Part shown: positions 8,798 through 17,508 of the stretch, piece by piece
How positions within the stretch are numbered: position 1 is the stretch's first letter
How the letters are laid out: every line of letters begins with the position of its first letter
Source of the DNA: Bacteroidales bacterium
GTDB lineage: Bacteria; Bacteroidota; Bacteroidia; Bacteroidales; WCHB1-69
Direction of reading: 5' to 3'
DNA length: 27,405 bases
NCBI GenBank assembly: GCA_028683685.1
Contig: JAQUHH010000001.1
Coordinates: 1-27,405 of the forward strand
The notes under the pieces: generated by a model
The model's database searches: none
The model's input: only the letters and a program-made list of their open reading frames with translations
What the model was told of the DNA's origin: nothing
Translations under genes and position numbers: made by a program

Positions 8798-10015
8798 CTA
8801 CCAGCCCATAAAAAAGCCTGCTAAACCTACAATCAAACCCACAAAAACATTGATTGCTTTAACCAATAAAAAGCCTCTTTTGGTTTCGGCCAGCAATGGC
8901 AAACCGCCATGTCCATCCTGCACAATTGAATTTGCTAAAAGAATGCTGAAAGGAACAACTCCATTCAAAAACAATAAAATGATAACATAATGGGGACCAG
9001 ATTCGGGGATAATTCCAATAATCAGAGCAATAAATAATAAATACAACAAAGCATATTGGTGAGAATCTACCCACGCCTGAACATCGATAAAAAGAAATAA
9101 AATCCCAATCAGCAACAAGGCTCCAAACGTCCATAAAAAGACTTTTAAAAAGTGTTTTTTTATGACATGATTCCATAAATGCTCTTCCACAAAATGGCTA
9201 TTGACACTAAACAAAATAAAGAGCAAAATCAAAGCTGCCAATACAAACATGATTGTTTCGGCATTCGGACCATGACCATGCTCATGCAAGTGCTCGTCTG
9301 AATGCTCATGAATCACTTCGGAATGAGAATCAATATCTTCGGAATGAGTATGTGTATGATCTGTTAAATTTGCTTCATGATTGCACTCATCGGTATGTTC
9401 ATGATGATGAACTTCGGTCTGCGGATGATGATTCTGATCCACAAAACCATCATGAGAATGCCCCAAAACTCCAGTTAATTGGCCAACAACATAAAAAGAA
9501 GCAACCAATATCAGCACCACTCTTTTCCAAGAAACGGACTTAGGACTTACTACTTCGGACAAATGAACATGCTTGCATTCATGCTCTTTATGGACTTCAA
9601 AAGTAAGATCTTTTTTAATGTAAGGATGCTTGTTTTTTGCAAAAAAATCAACCACAAAACCAGTAAAAACGGCAATTATAAATAGTATCAGCGACATCCA
9701 AAGAGTTGTTATAGGCATCAGCGACATCATAAAAAAGGCTTCATCGCCAAAAGTCGCAATAAAGGTTGCTACAATGGCTCCAATGGTCACCATTCGGTGC
9801 GTATACAGCGAAACCACCGCAAATGCTCCCAAACATCCGGGAATAAGTCCCATCAAGGCTGCAATAAAGATTTGAAGAGAAGGATGTTTTTCCAAAAAAC
9901 CAGACCATGCACCCCGTGTTTTTACATTTACATACTCAATAATCATCATCAACATCAACACCAGAATGGTGATGTTTAAAGCACTTGTCAGAATCGATAC
10001 AATGTCAAGTTTCAT
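8798..10015 (-). CDS. Putative metal (manganese-type, DUF2899/ArsP-like) transporter with His-rich loop
   Basis: MMMIIEY, LMGLIPGCLGAF, ATFGDEAF, GIIPESGPH, NSIVQDGHGGLPLLA two-repeat architecture; His-rich central loop. Confidence 0.75.
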   Translation of the reverse strand: MKLDIVSILTSALNITILVLMLMMIIEYVNVKTRGAWSGFLEKHPSLQIFIAALMGLIPGCLGAFAVVSLYTHRMVTIGAIVATFIATFGDEAFFMMSLMPITTLWMSLILFIIAVFTGFVVDFFAKNKHPYIKKDLTFEVHKEHECKHVHLSEVVSPKSVSWKRVVLILVASFYVVGQLTGVLGHSHDGFVDQNHHPQTEVHHHEHTDECNHEANLTDHTHTHSEDIDSHSEVIHEHSDEHLHEHGHGPNAETIMFVLAALILLFILFSVNSHFVEEHLWNHVIKKHFLKVFLWTFGALLLIGILFLFIDVQAWVDSHQYALLYLLFIALIIGIIPESGPHYVIILLFLNGVVPFSILLANSIVQDGHGGLPLLAETKRGFLLVKAINVFVGLIVGLAGFFMGW

Positions 10016-10016
10016 A

Positions 10017-10637
10017 CTATTTTACGCTTAATTGTTCAAAATCAACTCGATTTATTAAGGAACGACCCAAGGTCACTTCATCAGCATATTCCAATTCATC
10101 GCCAACGGCTATTCCACGAGCAATAATACTTACATGAACATTCGATGACTCCATATTTTTATAAATGTAATAATTGGTGGTATCTCCTTCGATGGTGGTG
10201 GGCAGCGCCAATACAACCTCCTGAATATCCATATTTTGAATTCTTTCAAACAAGGATTTAAAATTCAAGTCATCGGGTCCCACTCCGTCCATGGGGGAAA
10301 TAATTCCACCCAAAACATGGTAAACACCACGGTATTGACGCGTGTTTTCAATGGCAATAATATCGCGGATATCCTGCACAACACAAACAATACTTTTATC
10401 CCTGCGGGAATCTTGGCATATCGGACATATTTCAGTGTCTGAAATATTATGACAAAGTTTGCAAAAATAAATATCATTTTTAAGCGAAACAAAAGCCTTG
10501 ACAAAATCATCCATTTCGTCATTGCTGTATTTCAAAATGCTTAATGCTAAACGCAAAGCCGTACGTTTACCAATTCCAGGCAAGCGACTAATCTCATTTA
10601 CAGCATTTTGCAATATTTTTGAAGAAAGTGTATTCAT
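10017..10637 (-). CDS. recR: Recombination mediator RecR
   Basis: LPGIGKRTALRL HhH, C4 zinc finger CKLCHNISDTEICPIC, Toprim YHVLGGIISPMDG...TIEGDTT...IARGIAVGDELEYAD. Confidence 0.97.
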   Translation of the reverse strand: MNTLSSKILQNAVNEISRLPGIGKRTALRLALSILKYSNDEMDDFVKAFVSLKNDIYFCKLCHNISDTEICPICQDSRRDKSIVCVVQDIRDIIAIENTRQYRGVYHVLGGIISPMDGVGPDDLNFKSLFERIQNMDIQEVVLALPTTIEGDTTNYYIYKNMESSNVHVSIIARGIAVGDELEYADEVTLGRSLINRVDFEQLSVK

Positions 10638-10697
10638 ATAAACAAATAGTTGTTCAATATTTTTTTAGTTCAAAAAGTTCAACTTCGAAAAAACAAC

Positions 10698-10725
10698 TAA
10701 GTTTGCTTTTTGTTTTGCAAATTTA
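10698..10725. promoter_or_regulatory. Back-to-back -7 boxes: TAAGTTTG (+, 10698-10705, symporter) and TAAATTTG (-, 10718-10725, recR)
   Basis: Both match TAnnTTTG within the 105-nt divergent gap; the boxes face each other, so the transcripts would overlap at their 5' ends. Confidence 0.5.
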
Positions 10726-10742
10726 CCAAATAAATTAAGCCA

Positions 10743-12197
10743 ATGACGCAACAATTAATTTTATGGAGTTTTGTTTTCTACACAGCCTTAATATTTTTCA
10801 TTTCATGGTTGTCATCCAGAAAAGCAACCAACCAAACATATTTTATCGGAAACCGCCAAAGCCCTTGGTTTGTAGTAGCTTATGGCATGATTGGAGCTTC
10901 TTTATCGGGCGTTACTTTTATGTCGGTTCCCGGCTGGGTGGGCGAACGATCTTTTTCGTACATGATGCTTGTATTTGGATATCTGATCGGATATTTTGTC
11001 ATTGGCAGTGTTTTGTTGCCCCTTTATTATCGCCTGCAACTTACTTCCATTTATACCTATCTAAAAGAAAGATTTGGTTTTTGGTCGCATAAAACCGGCT
11101 CTGCTTTTTTTCTACTCTCGCGAAGCATCGGATCTGCATTTCGCATGTATTTGGTAATAAACGTTTTGCAAATTTTCTTATTTGATTCATGGGGCGTAAA
11201 TTTTGCCATGACCACCTTTATTTTTATTACTTTAATTCTATTATACACATTTAAAGGAGGAGTAAAAACCATCATTTGGACCGATACACTCCAAACTACC
11301 TTTATGATTGCCGCCCTTATCATTACCATAGTGATGATAAAAAACAGCCTTGGAACGAGCTTTACACAGTTGATTAGCGATGTTTTTGACAGCAAATATT
11401 CACAAATGATTTTTACCGAATGGCAAGATAAAAGATGCTGGTGGAAACAAATCTTGGGCGGTACTTTTATTGCCATTTCCATGACCGGTTTAGATCAAGA
11501 AATGATGCAAAAAAACATCAGTTGCAAAAACCTTAGAGATGCTCAAAAAAACATGTTCACCTTTAGCATTATTTTAGTATTTGTCAATCTTCTGTTTCTG
11601 ATTTTAGGTGCCGTATTGTTTATGTACAGCCATCATATAGGATTTGACCTAAACAGCATGAAAACGCCAGACGACCTTTTCCCCACTATTGCTTTCCAAC
11701 ATTTAGGACCCATCGCAACCACCGTATTCCTTTTAGGTTTGATTTCGGCGTCCTACTCCAGTGCAGATGGAACTCTCACGGCCTTGACCACTTCTTTTAG
11801 CTTTGATATTCTCGAACTTGATAAAAACGAAAAAATTGATGAACGAAGAAAAAAGACCATCCGTCATATTATCCACATCTTGTTTGCCCTGCTTTTAGGC
11901 GGATTAATTATCTTTTTCAAAACCATCAACAATGAAAGCGTCATTTCGCAAATTTTCACTATTGCCTCCTACACTTACGGACCACTTTTGGGATTATTTG
12001 CATTTGGTCTTTTTACCAAAAGACGAACCAAAGACATCGCGGTTCCTTTTATTGCCGTTCTGTCGCCCCTTATCTGCTATCTATTAAGCACTTACTCCAC
12101 ACAGCTTTTCAATGGATATCAGTTTGATTTTGAATTACTGATGATAAACGGCGCCTTGACATTCTTGATGTTACTGGCATTTAGTAAGAAAAAGTAA
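10743..12197 (+). CDS. Sodium:solute symporter (SSS family), substrate unknown
   Basis: YFIGNRQSPW, GASLSGVTFMSVPG, GGVKTIIWTDTLQ, GLDQEMMQK, SSADGTLTALTTS; many TM segments. Confidence 0.9.
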   Translation: MTQQLILWSFVFYTALIFFISWLSSRKATNQTYFIGNRQSPWFVVAYGMIGASLSGVTFMSVPGWVGERSFSYMMLVFGYLIGYFVIGSVLLPLYYRLQLTSIYTYLKERFGFWSHKTGSAFFLLSRSIGSAFRMYLVINVLQIFLFDSWGVNFAMTTFIFITLILLYTFKGGVKTIIWTDTLQTTFMIAALIITIVMIKNSLGTSFTQLISDVFDSKYSQMIFTEWQDKRCWWKQILGGTFIAISMTGLDQEMMQKNISCKNLRDAQKNMFTFSIILVFVNLLFLILGAVLFMYSHHIGFDLNSMKTPDDLFPTIAFQHLGPIATTVFLLGLISASYSSADGTLTALTTSFSFDILELDKNEKIDERRKKTIRHIIHILFALLLGGLIIFFKTINNESVISQIFTIASYTYGPLLGLFAFGLFTKRRTKDIAVPFIAVLSPLICYLLSTYSTQLFNGYQFDFELLMINGALTFLMLLAFSKKK

Positions 12198-12261
12198 CTG
12201 AGTAAACAAGTGACTAAGTGACTGAGTAACTCAGGCGTGAGCACCCCGTTACCCAGTTACT
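12194..12261 (+). repeat. Octamer tandem array (5 units GTRACYRR-like) plus inverted copy forming a hairpin
   Basis: GTAACTGA GTAAACAA GTGACTAA GTGACTGA GTAACTCA (12194-12233), then GTTACCCAGTTACT (12248-12261), the reverse complement of AGTAACTGGGTAAC. Confidence 0.8.
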
Positions 12262-12340
12262 GTTTCCAGCTTTGCGACAAAAAAAATAATTCATACTTTT
12301 TTGTCAATAAAAATTAAGTATTTTTACAAAAACATTTATT

Positions 12341-15300
12341 ATGAGTTTTACGGTTTATAAAGCTTCTGCAGGTTCTGGTAAAACCTTTAGTTTGGCTAAA
12401 GAATACATCAAAATTACGCTGCAAAACCCTGATGATTTTCGACATATTTTAGCCATTACTTTTACCAATAAGGCGGCAAATGAAATGAAATCACGCATTA
12501 TCGAGTACCTCGCTGATTTTGCAAGCGACGATCCAAATGCTCCTGGGAAAAAAAGTTTACTTCCAGAAATCCTTAAAGAGACAAATTTATCCGAAAGTGA
12601 AGTCATTAGCCGCTCTTCCGTGATACTTAAAAACATCCTCTACAAATATGCCGATTTTTCGGTGATGACCATCGATAGCTTTTTTCAAAAAATAATTCGC
12701 TCTTTTTCACATGACCTTCATATTCCCATTAATTTTAAATTGGAAATGAATCTGGATGAAATTGTAGCTCAAGTGGTGGACAACCTCATTGACAAAGTGG
12801 GGGAAGACAAAGCCATATATGAGATTCTAATTCAATATATTAACAAACTTACAGAAGATAAAAAAAGCTGGCATATCGAGAAAAACCTAGGTGATTTTTC
12901 CAAAGAAATTTTTTCGGAAACCGCTTATCAACATCTAAAAACATTGGATGGTTACGATGTTGACGATTTTATTGAAATCATTAAAAACTTAAGAAATGAT
13001 TCCAATGTCATTTCAAAAGAAATTGTCGAAATAAGTGCAAAGACTATCCAAATTATTCAGCAACAAAACATTGGTCTCGAAGACTTTTACGGAAAAACAA
13101 GAGGCATTGGGGCCTGGCTTCTCAAAATTCAAGATGGACATAAAGAAGTCTCTAATGCAGTATTGAAAGCCATTAAAGATGATGTTTGGTTTTCTAAAAC
13201 TGGATATCTTCCGCATTTTGACATTATTAAAGAAGAAGTTACCTTAAAAATAACAAAGATTGTTCAAGACATTCGGGATTATAATGACATAAAAAGAATT
13301 AGCAAAGACATTTATGCTTTGGCATTGGTAAATCAAATCAAAAATGTAATTTTTCAAATAAAAGATCAGGAAAATCTATTTTTTATTTCCGAAACCAATT
13401 TTGTTTTGGCAGATGTACTTCTAAATCAGCCTACTCCATTTATTTACGAACGAATTGGGGAACGCTATTTTCATTACTTTATCGATGAATTTCAAGACAC
13501 TTCAAAACTCCAATGGAACAATATGATTCCTTTGATTTTAGAAGCCATTTCAGGACTTCACAATCAAAAACCAGGTTCGGCCATAATTTTTGGCGATCCA
13601 AAACAATCCATTTACCGCTTTAGAGGGGGCGATTTTATGCAGTTTATCAATTTGCCAAAGGTGAAAACGGAAAACGATGAACTTATGGATATTGCTGCCA
13701 ACAATTTGATTTCTGCAGATTTTCGCACACAGAATCTCGACACAAATCACCGCTCAAAAATGCAAATTATCGACTTTAACAACAAACTTTTTGACAGTAT
13801 AAAATGCTATATCCCCGAATATTCTAAGCTTTACGAAGATCATGAACAGAAGTTTAAAAATGAAAAAGAAGATGGTATTGTGGATATTAGCATCATCAAC
13901 AAAGAGAAAAAATCAGATGCCGAATATCTAGCAATGGTCTACGAGCGCATCTTGGAAATTATCAACAAAGCAAAAGAGGAAAATTATCAATTAAAAGACA
14001 TTGCCATTTTAGGTCGCGAAAAAAAAATACTTAGAAATATTGCAAGCGTTTTAAACCACCATAATATCCCCATTATTTCGTCCGACTCTTTGCAATTGGA
14101 CTCTTCTCCTGTGGTGAGATTTTTGAAAAACATGATTCATCTTCATAAATCAACCAACGACCAAATAATTAATGCAGGCATTATTAATTATTTGTCGGAT
14201 CAAAATCCAAGCATTAATTTTGAAGAATCACTCTCTTATTCAAAAGATTACCACAGCTTGTTGGATTTTTTCAAAAAATATAATTTTGATGTTAAGTCAG
14301 ATATTTGGGCACAACTCAATATTTATGATTTATGCGAAGAGATGATTCGCACATTTATCGATTCTGAGCATGTAGACGCCTATTTAATGGGCTTTATTGA
14401 TGTTGTCTACAAATACCATATCGATGGCGAATCAGAAGCAGCATTCAGTGAATGGTGGAACGAAAACAAAGAAAAACATTCCATTGCAGTACCCGAAGGA
14501 ATTGATGGAATAAAAATATTGACGATTCACGCTGCCAAAGGCTTGCAATTTCCAATTGTAATTACTCCATTTAGCTCCTTTCGAAGAAAACTTTCTGAAA
14601 TTTGGATTTCAGCAGAGGAAATGAGCGAAGAAATTCCTTCATATAAACTTCCAAGTGCCCGAATTAAAGACTCTTCAGCATCCGAAGACAGTCGCTTTTT
14701 TAAAAAAATTTCCGAAGAACACACTTTGTCCACTGTGGATGAAATAAACGCTGCGTATGTTGCCCTCACACGTGCTGTGAATCGGCTCTATATCATACTT
14801 CCAACACCCAGTGAAAGTGCTTTAAAAAAAGAAGATTACCAATTTGAAAAAGTAATGTCGAGTTTTGTGAAAAACAATAATTTTACAGAAACAATATTTG
14901 ATAATTACACCAATTACAGCGTCGGATACGAAGAAGTAAGGGATGCAGAAAATAACCTAGAAATTGAAAACAACAATAATTTTTCAAATTTTATTTCCAA
15001 AAAATGGTATGATTCTGTGGTTCAGATTCCTAAGAAAATCGAATCAGAAGCCATTGAATGGGGTAGTTTATTTCACTATACCATGCAACATATTGTACAC
15101 TTGAAAGATATGGAAAATGCCATTGAAAGAACACGTTTACACTATATTTTAGACGATGATGTTTGCAAAAAACTATCAGAATTGGTGGTACAAACCTGCG
15201 AAAACCCAATGCTTAAGGATTATTTCAAGGAAGGGATAAAAGTCTACAACGAAAAATCAATTATGGACAGCAGCGGCGAAATTTTCCGTCCTGACCGCCT

Positions 15301-15475
15301 AATTATAGATAAAAATAGAGCTGTAATTATCGATTTCAAAACTGGAATCCCCAAAGAGATCCACCAAGAACAAGTTTTAAATTACAAAAACCTACTTCTG
15401 GAAACTGGAATCGAAGAAATTCGAAGCTTTGTTGTTTACGTAAATGATGATAAAACAGAAGCTGTGGAATATTGA
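12341..15475 (+). CDS. UvrD-family helicase with C-terminal RecB-type nuclease (AddA/RecB-like)
   Basis: ASAGSGKT, AITFTNKAANEM, IDEFQDTS, GDPKQSIYRFRG, TNHRS, LTIHAAKGLQF, YVALTRA; C-terminal RPDRL...IIDFKTG...QVLNY PD-(D/E)xK motif. Confidence 0.9.
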   Translation: MSFTVYKASAGSGKTFSLAKEYIKITLQNPDDFRHILAITFTNKAANEMKSRIIEYLADFASDDPNAPGKKSLLPEILKETNLSESEVISRSSVILKNILYKYADFSVMTIDSFFQKIIRSFSHDLHIPINFKLEMNLDEIVAQVVDNLIDKVGEDKAIYEILIQYINKLTEDKKSWHIEKNLGDFSKEIFSETAYQHLKTLDGYDVDDFIEIIKNLRNDSNVISKEIVEISAKTIQIIQQQNIGLEDFYGKTRGIGAWLLKIQDGHKEVSNAVLKAIKDDVWFSKTGYLPHFDIIKEEVTLKITKIVQDIRDYNDIKRISKDIYALALVNQIKNVIFQIKDQENLFFISETNFVLADVLLNQPTPFIYERIGERYFHYFIDEFQDTSKLQWNNMIPLILEAISGLHNQKPGSAIIFGDPKQSIYRFRGGDFMQFINLPKVKTENDELMDIAANNLISADFRTQNLDTNHRSKMQIIDFNNKLFDSIKCYIPEYSKLYEDHEQKFKNEKEDGIVDISIINKEKKSDAEYLAMVYERILEIINKAKEENYQLKDIAILGREKKILRNIASVLNHHNIPIISSDSLQLDSSPVVRFLKNMIHLHKSTNDQIINAGIINYLSDQNPSINFEESLSYSKDYHSLLDFFKKYNFDVKSDIWAQLNIYDLCEEMIRTFIDSEHVDAYLMGFIDVVYKYHIDGESEAAFSEWWNENKEKHSIAVPEGIDGIKILTIHAAKGLQFPIVITPFSSFRRKLSEIWISAEEMSEEIPSYKLPSARIKDSSASEDSRFFKKISEEHTLSTVDEINAAYVALTRAVNRLYIILPTPSESALKKEDYQFEKVMSSFVKNNNFTETIFDNYTNYSVGYEEVRDAENNLEIENNNNFSNFISKKWYDSVVQIPKKIESEAIEWGSLFHYTMQHIVHLKDMENAIERTRLHYILDDDVCKKLSELVVQTCENPMLKDYFKEGIKVYNEKSIMDSSGEIFRPDRLIIDKNRAVIIDFKTGIPKEIHQEQVLNYKNLLLETGIEEIRSFVVYVNDDKTEAVEY

Positions 15476-15482
15476 AAAAAAA

Positions 15483-15543
15483 GTGACTGAGTAACTGGGT
15501 GACCAGGTGACCAAGTGATTGAAAATTGAAAATCAAAAATCAT
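15483..15543 (+). repeat. Octamer array (5 units) followed by 3 AAATYRA-type heptamers
   Basis: GTGACTGA GTAACTGG GTGACCAG GTGACCAA GTGATTGA (15483-15522), then AAATTGA AAATCAA AAATCAT (15523-15543). Confidence 0.8.
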
Positions 15544-15545
15544 AC

Positions 15546-15692
15546 ACCGTTCACTGATCACAGATTACAGATCACAGATTACTGATCACAGATTACTGAA
15601 TACCGATTACCGATCACAGATTACTGATTACAGATTACTGATCACAGATTACTGATCACCGATTACCGATCACAGATTACCAATTACCATCC
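15546..15692. repeat. Heptamer tandem array, 21 units (ACHGATY on +; GTRATCD on -)
   Basis: Units read directly, e.g. ACTGATC ACAGATT ACAGATC ACAGATT ACTGATC...; 147 bp, ending 6 nt from the stop of the deiminase gene. Confidence 0.95.
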
Positions 15693-15698
15693 ACCTGC

Positions 15699-17435
15699 TT
15701 ACGGCATAGCCACAATACGATGTACACTTATTCCATTTTTCGTTTCAATTTTTACAAAATAGACTCCTTGTTGAAGTTCTTTTGCATTGAAAAAAAGTCG
15801 TTGCATTCCTTCGTTTAAAATTCCATTGTAAACATCCATTACTTTCTTTCCTTGCAAATCAAATAGAGCCACAGAAGTCGCTTCGGGATGAATTAGGTGC
15901 ATTTCGATGCAGGTAATTGCAGAAGCTGGATTGGGAAAAACTCGGTCTACAACAACGTTTTCCATACTTATTCCGGTAGTATTCAAAATCTTAAATCTCC
16001 AATATCCATGAGGGGCAGTAATGGGTCTGTTTATGTTTTTTCCTGAATTTGCTTCCGCATGAATGTAATAAAAAACATTATTTCCAGCTACCTGAGCAGG
16101 AATAGCAGCGGTCCAAATATGATTCTGAGCATCGCTCAAAACCATGGGGACTGGCAGATAAGCTTGATTTGTATCGATGGTATAAAACAATTGAGCAGAC
16201 GCAATTTCCGAAATATGACGAATTATCGCATTTACTGCATAGCCATTTTGATCATCATACGTATCTGAAAGTGCCTTGTGCGAAATCAGCAGAGGCTCTT
16301 TTACCCCAATATTATTGGTAATGCAATGAATGGCACCGCTGGCAGATATTGGATCTGGATCGCAATTGATCGGTACAATATTGTATCCTGGCAAAGCTTC
16401 ACTATAAATCCGAAATGCCGTAGTGTCATATTTTTTATAATAACTTGGATAAATAAAGCTTTTATTGATAAAAACTCCATTTGTATATGTTCTATAGTAA
16501 CTTCCATTGCTGGGCCATGAATTTCCTGCTTGATTTGGAAGCATGGGAATTCGCACAATTTTATAAGGTGTTCCGAAAACAGAGAGATGATTGTTTAACA
16601 AATAAAGCAAATTGGCTTCTATTTGCGGACCGTCAGAAATGCCACTGGGATAATCCCCCAACAACAAAGTTTCTTCATCCAACAATTTCATATGCATGTC
16701 GATATGATGAATTCCATCATGAGGCAAAACTTCAAATTTCACATACCTATCAACTCCCATAAATGATTTCATAATGGTATCAATCTCACTTTCCGTATGA
16801 CTGTATTGGACATTTTCGTCTAAAATTAATTTGGATGAAAAAGCAGTACCAAAACCATCAAACATTAAATTACCTCCGGTATGGGTCAAACGATACGGAT
16901 TTTGAGTCATGGCATACAAAGGCAAATTCAAATATTCTGCATGCACCGATGGAATAACGTCATCCAGCGGACGCGGACGATTGTAAATCCAATCGATTAA
17001 ATAAAGAGAATCCACATCTTCCTTGTACACGCTATACGAGCCATAGTCACGAATCCATACCGAATTAGAAGAAGTAATAATGTATTTCACATTGTCATTT
17101 GAAGTAATTCCCTGTGCTAATAAATAATTTTTAACGGTAGTTGAATCGGTACAATTAATCAAAACCTTACACTCGTTTTGAGCATGACGAATAATTTCTG
17201 CCAGCACCGATTGATAAGTACGCCAAGTAACAGAAATGGCTTCCAACTCTTCCCATTCCGCCATGGCTCTAACAGCAGAAGCGGGCGGATACGCCATCGA
17301 TTTCTGACTCGTCGGGGGCTGATAAAATGGCATTATTTCACGCTCCGCTGGCGTTAGCCCTTTGGGCAATTCCTGTGCATTAAGAATGCAAAAAGCAAAA
17401 AGAAATACCGTTGCAAAAAGGAATGTTTTTTTCAT
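15699..17435 (-). CDS. Agmatine deiminase / Porphyromonas-type peptidylarginine deiminase family protein with T9SS C-terminal domain
   Basis: Signal peptide; AEWEE, WIRDYG, TGGN, HHIDMH, GAIHCIT (catalytic Cys); C-terminal VFPNPAS...LFDLQGKKV...GVYFVKI T9SS type A sorting domain. Confidence 0.88.
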   Translation of the reverse strand: MKKTFLFATVFLFAFCILNAQELPKGLTPAEREIMPFYQPPTSQKSMAYPPASAVRAMAEWEELEAISVTWRTYQSVLAEIIRHAQNECKVLINCTDSTTVKNYLLAQGITSNDNVKYIITSSNSVWIRDYGSYSVYKEDVDSLYLIDWIYNRPRPLDDVIPSVHAEYLNLPLYAMTQNPYRLTHTGGNLMFDGFGTAFSSKLILDENVQYSHTESEIDTIMKSFMGVDRYVKFEVLPHDGIHHIDMHMKLLDEETLLLGDYPSGISDGPQIEANLLYLLNNHLSVFGTPYKIVRIPMLPNQAGNSWPSNGSYYRTYTNGVFINKSFIYPSYYKKYDTTAFRIYSEALPGYNIVPINCDPDPISASGAIHCITNNIGVKEPLLISHKALSDTYDDQNGYAVNAIIRHISEIASAQLFYTIDTNQAYLPVPMVLSDAQNHIWTAAIPAQVAGNNVFYYIHAEANSGKNINRPITAPHGYWRFKILNTTGISMENVVVDRVFPNPASAITCIEMHLIHPEATSVALFDLQGKKVMDVYNGILNEGMQRLFFNAKELQQGVYFVKIETKNGISVHRIVAMP

Positions 17436-17451
17436 GGGTGTATTTTTTTTT

Positions 17452-17459
17452 CAAAAGTA
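17452..17459 (-). promoter_or_regulatory. -7 promoter box (TACTTTTG) for the deiminase gene, preceded by an A10 tract
   Basis: TAnnTTTG on the minus strand 16 nt upstream of ATG 17435. Confidence 0.6.
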
Positions 17460-17508
17460 AGTTTTTTTTTTAAAACTATTTTAAAAAAAATAAGAACGTA
17501 TTTGTGGA

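Noticed and set aside
9253-9543. His/Asp-rich antisense ORF (96 aa)
   Set aside because: A shadow of the CAT/GAT-rich His loop on the opposite strand; fully nested in the transporter gene.
15336-15536. 66-aa minus-strand ORF starting in the repeat region
   Set aside because: Antisense to the helicase gene, with an N-terminus that is just translated repeats; no promoter or family motif.
15546-15692. CRISPR array
   Set aside because: The unit is 7 bp with no unique spacers, and there are no cas genes in the window.
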